The notes: generated from the letters alone by a model not told the origin. Shown: positions 9,306 through 20,886, counted from the stretch's first letter. The stretch is DNA of 64,000 nucleotides from Armatimonadota bacterium (GCA_046292385.1 JBKBRF010000035.1:1-64000), one strand, 5' to 3'. Program-made: numbers and translations.

Positions 9306-11330
9306 ATGCACCCGAAGCTGATTGGCCTTGCGGCTATACTGACGGCCTCTGCTCTCACGACAGCCGGACTGACTGCGGCACCGGAAGGGGAGGCGGTCAC
9401 ACCGTCCCTGCGAGCCGACCTGCAGCGGCGGATCACGATTTGGGTCGGGAAAAGCTCACTGGCGGAGGTGCACGAGCAGCTCGAACGTCAGACCGGAGTT
9501 CGCTTCAAAGCGCACCCGGCGATTGCAGACGAGCCGGCGGTCGTGCTGGTCGCGGATCGGCCCGCCGGCGAAGTCATGCAGCAGCTCTCTGCGGTATTCG
9601 ACTACCGCTGGCGGCGAGTGCGGGAGGGGGACCGAGAGTACTACGAGCTGTTCCAGGACCGCGACTCTCGCGAGCGTGAAGAGGCACTCATTCGACAACA
9701 GGAGGAGCGGCTGCTGGGTGCTCTATTGGCACAAATCAAAGCACCCCCTGAAGGCGTGGAGCCGCGGCTGCCACCGCCTCCAGGCGGCGCAGTCCCGCCT
9801 TCCCCGCAGCAGGGTGTAGGCGGAGAGACGCTCCGGAAGAGCCTGCTGCTTCTTTCCCGAGAGCACTGGCAGGCGCTCCTGAACGGCGAGACTCTGCACC
9901 TCAGCCATCCCCAGGAGAACGGATCGCTGCCCCTGCCCAGAGAGCTCGCGCAGGAGCTTCACCAGGCCCGGCTTCCGGGCAATTCCGCGGAGCCGCGCGA
10001 CGAGTACTGGCCGCGGGTGATCGGGTTCCGCGTGAGCGCCTGGCTGGAACGGCAACCGTATAGCCTGCGGCTGACCACACGGGCGGTACCACTCCTCGCG
10101 GATGCCGAGCCCGGGCAACCCGGGCAATCCCACGGGCTTCACCTGTCCGGAACTCACTTCGTCGAGAGACCGGAGCCGGCCTCTCCCGAAGAGATCGCGC
10201 GGTGGAAGCAGGACCCGGTGCTCGGACAGAAGCAGCGGTTCGGACCTGACCTGGCCGCGCTCGTGCCGCCGCACCGGCGCCACGGCGGCCGCTTCTCGAC
10301 CTACCTCCACGAGCTGCTGCCGGAGATCGCCCGCGCCTATCGAATCAACCTGGTCTCGGACGCTTATCAGTCGAGCCAGCTCCTCCTTGAATCCCGGCAA
10401 GCGGAGGAGCTGCCTCTCTACGAGGTACTCAACAGATACCTCTTCCCGAAGTCCGGCTGGGAGCGGGACGGAGACTATCTCCGCGTCAGGAGCCGGACCT
10501 GGTATCTGGATCGCGGCTCAGAGGTCCCGCTGCGTCTTGTGCGTGACTGGGCAGCCGCTCTCCGGCAGAAGCCGCACGTCGACCTGGATCAAGCCGGGGA
10601 GATGGTCCGGGCGCTCTCGGACGAGCAATTGCGCCAGCTTCCGGATGCGCTCGCAGACCGAGGAATCCACCTCCGCGGCCCAGGCCTCCCGTCGTTCGTA
10701 CGCCCGGGCGGTTCCGATGGCCACGGGGCGTTAGAGATGCTGCGTGCCTATGCCCAACTCCATCCGGGTCAGCGCCGTCCACTCCAGAGAGGGGAGAGCG
10801 TCGCGGTGTCGAGTATGCCCGATGCGGCGCGGCGGTGGACCTTTCGGGCTCTCGATCGCCGGCAGCAGCAGCATCCCGAGCGGCGTCTCCCCGAACTCCA
10901 GCCGACCGACCGCCTGACTATGTCGGTCTCACGCTGGAGCCGCGACTCCAGCGTGCGTACGGAGGGCGTTCTGGAGGAGCGCTATACACTGCTGGATGGG
11001 CCGGAAGCAGGGAAGAGGCAGATCGGGGGGTTGTTCCGCCTGCCTCCCGGGTCGGCACCGCACCCAGCCCTGCTGAAGATTGGTCAAACCATGCTCCTGG
11101 CTCATTTCCAACTCCACACTGCCGATACGCAGCGTACGTTCACGTTCCAACTCCCGTGGTTGCACAGCGATCCCGAGCAGCCTCCGCACCGAGCTTCGGA
11201 TCCGCTCGAAGCGCCGCCGGGGCGGGAAGTGGGACCGAGGGATGAAGGGGCTGGCCCCGATGGGCCGAACCAGCGGGAACGCAGCGAGACGACTATGAGG
11301 CAGGTGCGGGTCTCTCACGCTGTAAGGTAA
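9306..11330 (+). CDS. Large secreted hypothetical protein (possible STN/secretin-N-like first domain)
   Basis: Long ORF with signal peptide MHPKLIGLAAILTAS; LQRRITI..SLAEV..QTGV segment. Confidence 0.65.
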   Translation: MHPKLIGLAAILTASALTTAGLTAAPEGEAVTPSLRADLQRRITIWVGKSSLAEVHEQLERQTGVRFKAHPAIADEPAVVLVADRPAGEVMQQLSAVFDYRWRRVREGDREYYELFQDRDSREREEALIRQQEERLLGALLAQIKAPPEGVEPRLPPPPGGAVPPSPQQGVGGETLRKSLLLLSREHWQALLNGETLHLSHPQENGSLPLPRELAQELHQARLPGNSAEPRDEYWPRVIGFRVSAWLERQPYSLRLTTRAVPLLADAEPGQPGQSHGLHLSGTHFVERPEPASPEEIARWKQDPVLGQKQRFGPDLAALVPPHRRHGGRFSTYLHELLPEIARAYRINLVSDAYQSSQLLLESRQAEELPLYEVLNRYLFPKSGWERDGDYLRVRSRTWYLDRGSEVPLRLVRDWAAALRQKPHVDLDQAGEMVRALSDEQLRQLPDALADRGIHLRGPGLPSFVRPGGSDGHGALEMLRAYAQLHPGQRRPLQRGESVAVSSMPDAARRWTFRALDRRQQQHPERRLPELQPTDRLTMSVSRWSRDSSVRTEGVLEERYTLLDGPEAGKRQIGGLFRLPPGSAPHPALLKIGQTMLLAHFQLHTADTQRTFTFQLPWLHSDPEQPPHRASDPLEAPPGREVGPRDEGAGPDGPNQRERSETTMRQVRVSHAVR

Positions 11331-11489
11331 GGTTGGGGCGCCGGGGGCGCTGCGTAGCTGCTGCGGGTGAGGACGAGTCTCAGGATGGCGGCGGCGAGGA
11401 GACCGAAGAACTCCGGTCCGTTGCTAACCTTGCGGCGTCATCCCGGGCGGCGGGGGTAATAATAGCGGAGCCGAGTCAAAGGAAACCGC

Positions 11490-12830
11490 ATGCCCGCCGC
11501 CGGAGGCCCCGAGCCGCAATCCGAGAACCGCTTCGACGTGACGGACGAGCCGCTCCCGGCGGTCACCCTGGATGAGCTGAAGCCCTCCCGCTGGGCGGCG
11601 CTCGGCTCGCTGCGGTATCCGGAGTTCGCGCTGTTCTGGGGCGGCCAGGTCGTCTCGCTCGTCGGCACCTGGATGCAGGCGTTCGCCCAGGGGTGGGTGA
11701 TCACCACGCTCACCGCTTCCCCGCTGGCGCTGGGAATGGTGAGCTTTGCCAGCTCGATTCCCACGCTGCTCTTCATGCCGCTGGGCGGGGTCGCCGCGGA
11801 CCGGATGGACCGCCGCCGCATCCTGCTGATGACGCAGTGGCTGATGATGCTGCTCGCGTTCCTGATGGGCTGGCTCCTCGCCACGAAGCAGCTCCAGCTC
11901 TGGCACCTGTTCGGCATTGCCCTGATGCTGGGGGTGGTGACCGCGTACGAGCTGCCGGCGTTCCAGGCGTTCTACCCGCAGCTGATCCCGCGGAGCGAGC
12001 TGCCGCGGGCGATTCCGCTCAACCAGGCCGCCTTTCACGGCGCCCGCATCGTCGGCCCGGCGGTCGGGAGCTGGCTGGTGGCCCGCTGGGGAAGCCACAC
12101 CGCGTTCTTTGCCAACGCGGCCAGCTTCCTCGCCGTGGTGGCGGCGCTCGCCCTGATCCGCCCGCGTCCCCCCGTTCCCGGCTCGCAGGAGACCAGCGTC
12201 CGCACGATGCTGCGGGAGGGGGTCGACTACGTGCGGGAGCGCCCCGGTCTGCAGGCGCTGCTGGCGCTGGTGGGCCTCACCACCTTCTGCATCTTTCCGA
12301 ACCTGGCGGTGCTCTCCCCGCACTACGCGCGCGAGGTGCTGCACGTGGGTGCGGGCGGGCTCGGCATTATGATGTCGGTCTCCGGCGCCGGGGCGCTGCT
12401 CGGCGCGGTGCTGCTCCTCACGCTCGGGCCGGGCGGTCGCCTGCCGCGCATCGCCGCCAGCGTGGTGGTCGGCTTCGTCGCCCTTTCGATCATGGCCTGG
12501 TCCCGCAGCCTCTGGCTCTCCGTGGCGGCGATGACGCTGCAGTCGTTCGCGCTCTCGCAGAGCATGGGCATCATCTCGATTATGGTGCAGGAGATGGTGC
12601 CGGACGAGCTCCGCGGCCGGGTCATGAGCCTCTACACGCTGATGTTCACCGGGATCATGCCGTTCGGGGCGCTGGCGATCCCGGGGCTGGCGCAGGCGAT
12701 CGGGATGCGCCTGGAGCTCCAGATCGCGGCGGTCGTCTTTCTGCTCCTCGGGGTCTACTTCGCCTACCGCCTGTACCGGGCCACCGACCTCGAGACTGCC
12801 GTGCCGACAGTCAGCGAAGAGGCCGGCTAA
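11490..12830 (+). CDS. MFS transporter
   Basis: About 12 hydrophobic segments, GGVAADRMDRRRIL motif A, VPDELRGRVMS. Confidence 0.93.
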   Translation: MPAAGGPEPQSENRFDVTDEPLPAVTLDELKPSRWAALGSLRYPEFALFWGGQVVSLVGTWMQAFAQGWVITTLTASPLALGMVSFASSIPTLLFMPLGGVAADRMDRRRILLMTQWLMMLLAFLMGWLLATKQLQLWHLFGIALMLGVVTAYELPAFQAFYPQLIPRSELPRAIPLNQAAFHGARIVGPAVGSWLVARWGSHTAFFANAASFLAVVAALALIRPRPPVPGSQETSVRTMLREGVDYVRERPGLQALLALVGLTTFCIFPNLAVLSPHYAREVLHVGAGGLGIMMSVSGAGALLGAVLLLTLGPGGRLPRIAASVVVGFVALSIMAWSRSLWLSVAAMTLQSFALSQSMGIISIMVQEMVPDELRGRVMSLYTLMFTGIMPFGALAIPGLAQAIGMRLELQIAAVVFLLLGVYFAYRLYRATDLETAVPTVSEEAG

Positions 12831-13952
<1,122 letters not shown>

Positions 13953-14027
13953 GAGAAGGGGGGAGATCTGTCAGCGGGTGAACGGGTAGTACTCCGTTGG
14001 ACCGGGATGGGGGATGGGTTTTGGCAA

Positions 14028-14135
14028 GGGAGAGTGGGCGAGTGGGCGAGCTTGAGAAGCCGGCTACGGGAGCGGCTCTCCCACGCGCCGACTCTCCCTT
14101 GCTCCCACTCCAACTCGTCAGAAGTAGCTGGATAC
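14028..14135. repeat. REP-like element, family A copy 3
   Basis: GGGAGAGTGGGCGAGTGGGCGAGCTTGAGAAGC...CTCCCTTGCTCCCACTCC..TCAGAAGTAGCTGGATAC. Confidence 0.75.
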
Positions 14136-14178
14136 ATCGGTAAACTGATCTGTGGGGAGTGTGAACGGGGAGGTGAGC

Positions 14179-14445
14179 ATGTCGATGACGATCCAACTGC
14201 CCGACGGCCTGGACCGGCGTTTGCTTCAGGAAGCGCAGCGTCGGGGCATCAAAGCCGAAGAATGTGCCCGGATCATGCTCGAGGCGCAGCTCGACGCCGC
14301 GCGAGCGGAGCGCAACCGGAAGGCCGTGGAGCTAATGCAGTCCTGGCTCGCCGAGCCTCCCAACGAGGAGGACGACCGCTGGCCGGAGTTGGAAGAGGCT
14401 CTGGAAGCGAATCGAAGCGGTCAGCGGAAGCTCTTCGGTGCCTGA
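14179..14445 (+). CDS. Putative antitoxin (ribbon-helix-helix/CopG-like)
   Basis: GGAGG RBS; MSMTIQLPDGLDRRLLQEAQRRG; acidic C-terminus; overlaps PIN gene. Confidence 0.75.
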   Translation: MSMTIQLPDGLDRRLLQEAQRRGIKAEECARIMLEAQLDAARAERNRKAVELMQSWLAEPPNEEDDRWPELEEALEANRSGQRKLFGA

Positions 14446-14887
14446 TCGGACCCCACTGGATGCGGGACCCCTGGGACGCCTCTGCCGTCCCAACGCTCGC
14501 CCAGCCCCCAATCGTGAGATCGCGATCTGGTTCACGGAGATCCTCCGCAGCGGCGAGGTGGAGCTCGTCGTCCCAGAGATCTCCGACTTCGAAGTCCGGC
14601 GCGAGCTGATCCGGGCCGGGCTCACGCAGAGCGTGTCGCGCCTGGACGCGCTGAAGAACGACCTGCTCTACCTGCCCCTGGATACACCCACGCTGCACCG
14701 CGCCGCGGAGTTGTGGGCGGAGGCCCGTAACCGCGGCATTCCGACGGGCGATCCGCGCGAGCTGGATTGCGATGTCATCCTGGCGGCGCAGGCTGAACGG
14801 ATCGGGCGGACTATCGTGACAGAGAACGTCGGCCACCTCTCCCGTTTTTTAACGACGCGTCACTGGCGAGACCTAGCCTCACCCTAA
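14438..14887 (+). CDS. vapC: PIN-domain toxin (VapC-like)
   Basis: LDAGPLG, PEISDFEVRREL, LDCDVILAAQA, IVTENVGHL acidic residues of PIN fold. Confidence 0.8.
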   Translation: MPDRTPLDAGPLGRLCRPNARPAPNREIAIWFTEILRSGEVELVVPEISDFEVRRELIRAGLTQSVSRLDALKNDLLYLPLDTPTLHRAAELWAEARNRGIPTGDPRELDCDVILAAQAERIGRTIVTENVGHLSRFLTTRHWRDLASP

Positions 14888-14929
14888 ACGGGTGGCCCCA
14901 TTGACTATTGACATCTGATAAGAACTCCG

Positions 14930-15529
14930 ATGCCTGACACCCTCTGCCGCCTGGTAGTCGCTACGAAGAACCCCGGGAAGATCCGCGAGCTGCGCGCGCT
15001 GCTTGCCGACCTGCCGGTGGAGCTGCTCTCCACCGAGGGGATGGATGAGGTGGAGGAGACCGGCTCCACGTTTGCGGAGAACGCGGAGCTGAAGGCGCGG
15101 GCAGCGGCGTCGTGGTCCGGCGAGTGGGCGCTGGCGGACGACTCCGGGTTGGAGGTCGACGCCCTCGACGGCGCGCCCGGGGTCCACTCCAACCGCTTCG
15201 CCGGGGAGAACACCACGGAGGCGCAGCGGAACGAGCGGCTCCTGCAGCTCCTCCAAGGCGTTCCGGCAGAGCAGCGAACCGCCCGCTACCGGGCCGTGGT
15301 GGCGATCGCCGCTCCGGACGGCCGGATCTGGCTCACCGAAGGCGCCTGCGAGGGCGTGATCGTCAACGTCCCGCGAGGGGAAGGCGGCTTCGGCTACGAC
15401 CCGCACTTCTACCTGCCCGAATTCGGCTGCACGATGGCGGAGCTTCCACCGGAGACGAAGAACCGCATCAGCCACCGCGGCAGAGCGCTAGAGGCGGCGC
15501 GGCCGCTGCTGGAACGCCTGGCGGACTGA
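14930..15529 (+). CDS. rdgB: Non-canonical purine NTP pyrophosphatase (dITP/XTP)
   Basis: ATKNPGKIRE, ADDSGLEVDALDGAPGVHS, GFGYDPHF, KNRISHRGRA. Confidence 0.95.
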   Translation: MPDTLCRLVVATKNPGKIRELRALLADLPVELLSTEGMDEVEETGSTFAENAELKARAAASWSGEWALADDSGLEVDALDGAPGVHSNRFAGENTTEAQRNERLLQLLQGVPAEQRTARYRAVVAIAAPDGRIWLTEGACEGVIVNVPRGEGGFGYDPHFYLPEFGCTMAELPPETKNRISHRGRALEAARPLLERLAD

Positions 15530-15679
15530 GTTCGGAACTTTCAGGAGATAGGGGGATGGGGGAACGGGGATGAGGGGATGGGCACCCCACCCGGACTGAG
15601 CTCCTACTCTTACTCGTTCTTCTACTGCTCTGAGAGTAGCCGTCGCGATGTAGCGCGGCGGGTAAGCACTCCGGCGCGG

Positions 15680-15797
15680 CCTAACCCCCCAAACCCTCCC
15701 CCGTTCGGGCGACAAGCCTTCCCTGAAGTGGAAGGGGGAGTAGCGGCATCACACCGACAGCTTCGCTCTCCTCTCAGGAGAGGGATCGAGGGTGAGG
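15680..15797. repeat. Degenerate palindromic REP-like sequences
   Basis: CCTAACCCCCC..CCTTCCCT..GGAAGGGGGAG and CTCTCCTCTCAGGAGAGGGATCGAGGGTGAGG. Confidence 0.45.
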
Positions 15798-15930
15798 CCG
15801 CGTGAGCAGGAGCCGCCGACGCACTTCTCCTGGCCGCGGGTGACCTGGACGGTCATCGACAACTCTTACTCAAGAGGCTCCTCGAGCCAGCAGTGGCTGC
15901 GCATAGGGGCGATTTCCGGAGCAACAAGAA

Positions 15931-15964
15931 CGCGCCGGGTGGAGATGATGCTCCACCCGGCGCG
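15931..15964 (-). terminator. Intrinsic terminator (probably bidirectional)
   Basis: Perfect 14-bp stem CGCGCCGGGTGGAG/CTCCACCCGGCGCG, 6-nt loop, just after WD40 gene stop. Confidence 0.8.
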
Positions 15965-15991
15965 CTTTGTGTCCGAACTGCGCTTGACGCC

Positions 15992-17431
15992 CTACTTCTT
16001 CGCCGGCGCTGCCTCGGTCTTGGCCGGGGCGGGGGCGGCGGCAGGTTTCGGCTCGGGGGCCTTGGGGAGGTCGATCAGCGTGGCGGCGAGCTTGCCGTCG
16101 GCGGTGTTGAAGACGCGGAGCGTGCCGTCGAAGCCGCCGACCGCCACGAGCTTGCCGTCCGGGCTGAACGCGGCCGAGAGGAGGCCGTCGGTCTGATCCT
16201 TGATCGTCTGGGTCGTGGCGCCGTTGCCGGTGTTCCAGATCTTCATGGAGCGGTCGTCGCTCACGGTCGCCATCAGGCCGCCGTCCGCGGAGTAGACCAC
16301 TTCCTGGATCGTCTTCTCGTGGCCGGTCACGTTCCGCGCCTGCTGGCCCTGCTGGGGGTTCACGTTCCAGGTGCGCACGGTGCGGTCGGCGCCGACGGAG
16401 GTCACCTGGTTACCGGCCTTGTTCCAGGCCACCGAGAAGACCACGTCGGTGTGGCCGCCCAGGGTGTAGATCCGCTTGCCGCTCGCCACGTCCCACATCT
16501 TCACGGAGCGGTCAGCGCTGGCGGAGGCGAGCAGGTTGCCCTCCGGGTTGAACGCCACGCCGTAGACCGCATCGGCGTGGTCCTTCAGCGTCTTCAGCTC
16601 GGAGCCGTTGGCGGTGTCCCAGATCTTGATCAGCTTGTCGTAGCTGCCGGTGGCGAGCGACTTGTCCTCGGCGCCCCAGGAGACGGCGTAGATGCAGTCG
16701 GCGTGGCCGCTGAGGGTGCGGACCAGCTTGCCCGTCTCCACTTCCCAGATCTTCACCTCGCCCTGCTGTGCGATCGGGCCGCCCGCGGCGGCCAGCAGCT
16801 TGCCGCTGCGGCTGAACTGCACGGCATTGACCATGTCGGCGTGGCCGTTCAGCTCGCGGATCGCCTTGCCGGTGGCGGGGTCGAGGAGCTGCACCTTCTT
16901 ATAGCTGCCGACCGCCAGGATCTTGCCGTCCGGGCTCCAGGCAAGGGAGGCGACCTGCGGCAGCACCGGCACGTGGGTGGCGATCTTCGGCACCTTGACG
17001 GCGGGGATGGTGAGCTCGGAGAAGAGCACCTGGTCCGCGGGGACGTCGATCTTGGCGCCCTGGTCCAGCCACGCCTTGACCGTCGCCAGGTCTTCCTTCT
17101 TCATCTCGCCGCCCGGCGGCATCTTCGGCTGGGCGGCGCCGGTCAGCAGCTTGTAGAGGCGGCTGTCCGCGGCCTTGGCGCCGAGCACCTTGCCGGTGCG
17201 GCCGCCCTTCTGGATCTCCGCGAAGGTGGAGACCGAGAAGTTGCCGGTCGCCTGCTTGGTGTTGTGGCACTTGGCGCACTCGGCCTTCAAGATCGGCACG
17301 ACGTCTTTGCTAAAGCTTACCGTCGGCGCCTTCGCGGGCGCCTGCGCAAACGCGGCGACGCTCCACGCCAGCAGTCCGATTCCCGCGCCGATGCCGGCTC
17401 CCAGAACACGCATGGACCAGATCCTCCGCAC
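15992..17431 (-). CDS. Planctomycete-type cytochrome c domain + WD40 repeat protein
   Basis: Signal peptide, VSFSKDVVPILKAECAKCH (CxxCH), KMPP, AWLDQGA, multiple GH..WD repeats. Confidence 0.9.
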   Translation of the reverse strand: MRRIWSMRVLGAGIGAGIGLLAWSVAAFAQAPAKAPTVSFSKDVVPILKAECAKCHNTKQATGNFSVSTFAEIQKGGRTGKVLGAKAADSRLYKLLTGAAQPKMPPGGEMKKEDLATVKAWLDQGAKIDVPADQVLFSELTIPAVKVPKIATHVPVLPQVASLAWSPDGKILAVGSYKKVQLLDPATGKAIRELNGHADMVNAVQFSRSGKLLAAAGGPIAQQGEVKIWEVETGKLVRTLSGHADCIYAVSWGAEDKSLATGSYDKLIKIWDTANGSELKTLKDHADAVYGVAFNPEGNLLASASADRSVKMWDVASGKRIYTLGGHTDVVFSVAWNKAGNQVTSVGADRTVRTWNVNPQQGQQARNVTGHEKTIQEVVYSADGGLMATVSDDRSMKIWNTGNGATTQTIKDQTDGLLSAAFSPDGKLVAVGGFDGTLRVFNTADGKLAATLIDLPKAPEPKPAAAPAPAKTEAAPAKK

Positions 17432-17721
17432 GGCCCTCGCCCATCCGGCGCGGCCGATCGTACTACGAAACTAAGTTACCGCTGCGATCCGCCTTCCCCT
17501 CCAGGGGACGGCGCGCAGGCGGAGTGATTCCACAGAGATTTAGCGACCTCGTCTTCGGCTGCCGGCACGGACCGGAGACGAGAAAGGCGGAAGACAAGCC
17601 GCGCTCGGCACAGCCCACCTTCCGCCGATCACTCAGAGCGTAGGGGCTGGGAGCTACGGAACCGCCGCGAAGCGGCACCGCAGCCCCTACACCCTAAACG
17701 CTACACCCTACACCCTGGCCA

Positions 17722-20451
17722 TCAGTGGTTGAACACGAACTCTTTGCCGTTGATGAGCGCCCAGAGCAGGTCTTCCAGCACCTGGCGGCGCGCCACCGCG
17801 GGATCGAGCTTCGGCTCTTCCTTCTTCATCTCGGCCGGCTTCATTTCAGCCGGCTTGGCTTCCGCAGCCTTGGCTTCCGCAGCCTTGGCTGCGTCGGCGG
17901 CGGGAGCCTCACCCGGCTTGGCGGGAGCCGCCTTCGGGTCGGCGGGCTTCATCTCCGGCTGCGGCGGGTTCATCGCCTCGGCCACGATCTGCACCGCCTG
18001 GTCCAGCTCCGGCTTGGTGGGGAAGCGGCCGAAGCAGGCGAGGTAGAGCTCTTCCACGATCTCCGGGTCTTTCTTCCCGGCCTTGATCAGGGTGGCGACG
18101 AGGCCGGCGTCGGAGGAGATCTTCTGGTTCACCCCCTGGCCGTTGATCAGGTGGAGCGCCTGCGCCATGTTCGGCTCCTGCGCGCGCTCGCAGTCGCAGG
18201 TGATCTGGCGCGGCGGCCGCCCGAAGACGTCCAGGAAGTAGTTGGAGACCCGCGTATCCGGCAGGTGGATCGCGCGGTAGCCCGCGGGGAGGCCGGGGAA
18301 CTTCTCCGGCTGCCCGGTCACCTGGCAGATCGCGTCGAGCAGCTGCTCCGCGGTGAGCCGCTTCACGAAGTAGCGGCTGTACTGCCGGTCGTCCTTCTTG
18401 TTCTCCGGCCGCGGGCGAGAGGTGAGCTGATAGGTGCGGCTGTTCATGATCTGCCGCATCAGGTGCTTCAGATCGAACTTGTGCTCCACCAGGTCCTTGC
18501 CCAGCGCCTCCATCAGCGGCTCGTTGGAGGCCGGGTTGGTGGCGCGGAGGTCGTCCACCGGCTCGATCAGGCCGCGGCCCATGTAGTGGCGCCAGATCCG
18601 GTTGACGATCGAGCGGACGAAGTACTCGTTCTTCGGCGAGGCGAGCCAGTCCGCCAGGTAGACGCGCCGGTCCTGCGTGGAATCGGTCGCCATCGGCTGG
18701 CCGTCGTACGGCGTCGGAGGAAGCGGCTTCCCGGTCTTGGGGAAGTTGATCTCCCCGCCCGCCGCGGCGGTGATGAAGAGGTCGGACGGATGGTCGCCCT
18801 GCTTTCGGGCCACCCGGGAGAAGAAGTTGGCGAACTCGTAGTAGTTGGCCTGGGTCCACTTCTCGAACGGGTGGTTGTGGCAGCGCGCGCACTGCACGCG
18901 GATGCCGAGGAACGCCTGGCTAACGGTCTCCGTCAGGTCTTCCGGCGTGCGGCTGATCCGGTAGAAGTTGCTGGGGCCGTACTCGAAGTTGCTGCCGTTG
19001 GCGGTCAGCACCTCGTGGACCAGCTGGTCCCACGGCTTGTTCTCCGCCACCGCGTCCCGCAGCCAGCTATAGAACGCCCACATCCCCTTCTCGGTGAGCG
19101 TCTCCCGGTTCACGCGGAGCAGGTCGCCCCACTTGTAGGTCCAGAAGTAGACATACTCCGGCCGCTCCAGGAGCTGGTCCACCAGCTTCGCGCGCTTGTT
19201 CGGGGTCTTGTCTCCCAGGAACGCCCGCACCTCGTCCGGCGTCGGCAGGGTGCCGATCGTGTCGAGATAGGCGCGGCGGAGGAACTCCTCGTCGGACGCC
19301 AGCTCGGACGGCAGAATGCGCAGCTTCTGCAGCTTCGACAGGACCAGCTTGTCGATGTAGGAAGGGGCCGGAATCGCCTGGTACTGCTTCGGATTGACGT
19401 CGTTCGGGAACGGCACCGTCACGTTGGCGAAGCTGACCTGCCCCAGGTACATGATCGTGATCTGGGTCTCGCCCACGCCGGTGGTGGTGACGTTGCCGTC
19501 CTCGCCCACCGTGGCGATCCCTTCCTCGTTGGAGCTGTAGCGCGCCCAGTGGGTCACGTCTTCCACGTGCCCGTCGCTGAAGTGGGCGCGCACCACGAGC
19601 TGCTGCTCCACGCTGGGGGAGAGGGTCCGCTCCCGCGGCAGCACATCCAGCTTCGCCAGCGTCGGGTCTTCCTTGGACGGCCCCGGCATCCCCGCGGCGA
19701 TCCAGCCGGCCAGGACGTTGTACTCCCAGGAGCCGACCTTGAACCGCTGCCCGCCCGCGTGCGGCACGGCGGCAGTCGCCTTCTTCAGGAGGAGGCTGTT
19801 GCCCGGGTCGTTCGGCTGAATGCGGCGCCCCCCGCTCTCGTAGCGCAGGCGCTCGTAGTCGAGATCGGAGTCGTAGCCGCGGAGGGTCAGGCGGAAGCCG
19901 TTCTTGCCCGCCGCCGCGCCGTGGCACGCCCCCATGTTGCACCCGGCTTTGCTGAGCACCGACTGCACGTGGTTCTGGAAATTCCAGGTGAACGGCTGGC
20001 TCACGCCTTTGGCGGTTACCTTCACCGGGACCCGCTTGCCCGCCGCCACGACCACGAGGTCCGCGGCGCCGTCCCCAGTGGGACGCACCACGCCGCCCGG
20101 GTTCATCGCCGCGACCTTCGGATTCTTGCTGAAGAACTTCGCCTGGTGCGTGAGGTCGACGAGGGTGCCGTCTTTCCGCTCCCCGGTCACCAGGAGCTGC
20201 TGCCGCGCCTTCGGCCCCTCCAGCAGCACGTCGGCCGGACCGACGGTGACGGAGACGACCGGCGACACCGCCGGGGCCTTCGGGGCGGCCTTCGCCGCGG
20301 CCGGCTTCGACGCCGCCGCTTTGCCGCGGGCGGGCGCCTTGGCGGCGGGCTTCTTGGCGGGCGCGGCAGGCGCCGGCGCCGTCAGCGCGAGCGCCGCCAG
20401 GGCACTCAGCCCCAGCGCCCAGATCTGCTTCGGCGGTTTCCTACAAACCAT
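17722..20451 (-). CDS. DUF1549/DUF1553 domain protein with Ig-like domains
   Basis: KAGCNMGACHG, DEEFLRRAYLDTIGTLPT, QCARCHNHPFEKW, VNRIWRHYMGRGLIEPVDD, EDLLWALINGKEFVFNH; start chosen at signal-peptide Met. Confidence 0.9.
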   Translation of the reverse strand: MVCRKPPKQIWALGLSALAALALTAPAPAAPAKKPAAKAPARGKAAASKPAAAKAAPKAPAVSPVVSVTVGPADVLLEGPKARQQLLVTGERKDGTLVDLTHQAKFFSKNPKVAAMNPGGVVRPTGDGAADLVVVAAGKRVPVKVTAKGVSQPFTWNFQNHVQSVLSKAGCNMGACHGAAAGKNGFRLTLRGYDSDLDYERLRYESGGRRIQPNDPGNSLLLKKATAAVPHAGGQRFKVGSWEYNVLAGWIAAGMPGPSKEDPTLAKLDVLPRERTLSPSVEQQLVVRAHFSDGHVEDVTHWARYSSNEEGIATVGEDGNVTTTGVGETQITIMYLGQVSFANVTVPFPNDVNPKQYQAIPAPSYIDKLVLSKLQKLRILPSELASDEEFLRRAYLDTIGTLPTPDEVRAFLGDKTPNKRAKLVDQLLERPEYVYFWTYKWGDLLRVNRETLTEKGMWAFYSWLRDAVAENKPWDQLVHEVLTANGSNFEYGPSNFYRISRTPEDLTETVSQAFLGIRVQCARCHNHPFEKWTQANYYEFANFFSRVARKQGDHPSDLFITAAAGGEINFPKTGKPLPPTPYDGQPMATDSTQDRRVYLADWLASPKNEYFVRSIVNRIWRHYMGRGLIEPVDDLRATNPASNEPLMEALGKDLVEHKFDLKHLMRQIMNSRTYQLTSRPRPENKKDDRQYSRYFVKRLTAEQLLDAICQVTGQPEKFPGLPAGYRAIHLPDTRVSNYFLDVFGRPPRQITCDCERAQEPNMAQALHLINGQGVNQKISSDAGLVATLIKAGKKDPEIVEELYLACFGRFPTKPELDQAVQIVAEAMNPPQPEMKPADPKAAPAKPGEAPAADAAKAAEAKAAEAKPAEMKPAEMKKEEPKLDPAVARRQVLEDLLWALINGKEFVFNH

Positions 20452-20886
20452 TGGTGCAACTCCTGCACAGCGTTCCAGGCTGCAGCCCGACTCACTCTCC
20501 ACGGCGCAACCGGTGTCTAGAACGGTGGCTCCGAGACCGGGGCCGCGGCTGCCCGATGGGACATAGAACGGGTGACAAAGTTTCGCGTATCTCCCCGTCC
20601 CCGGGCGCGGGCAACATTCTGCCAGTACGGCGGGACTCGCCTGCGCCGCCGGGCGGTTGAAACCGCGGCAACCACTGCACGAAGTCCGCCTCCGCGGACT
20701 CAGATGGGCCTGATTCGGGCGTCCGGAGGACGCGTGGCCGAAGGCCGTCCAGCGAGGTACTTCCAGTGCCTCGCGAACCACCGAGCGGCACGGCCCACCG
20801 CCCGCCTCACAACGCGGCGCTCCCCAGCCGCCCGCCGCGTAGACCAGGCCGATTCTCCGGCTGGTGGAGCGAAAAGAGCCTGCCGA

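Noticed and set aside
9100..11380. Inverted repeats (AGACTCG/CGAGTCT, CTCACCC/GGGTGAG) flanking the large orphan gene
   Set aside because: Only 7-bp patches with inconsistent spacing; likely chance
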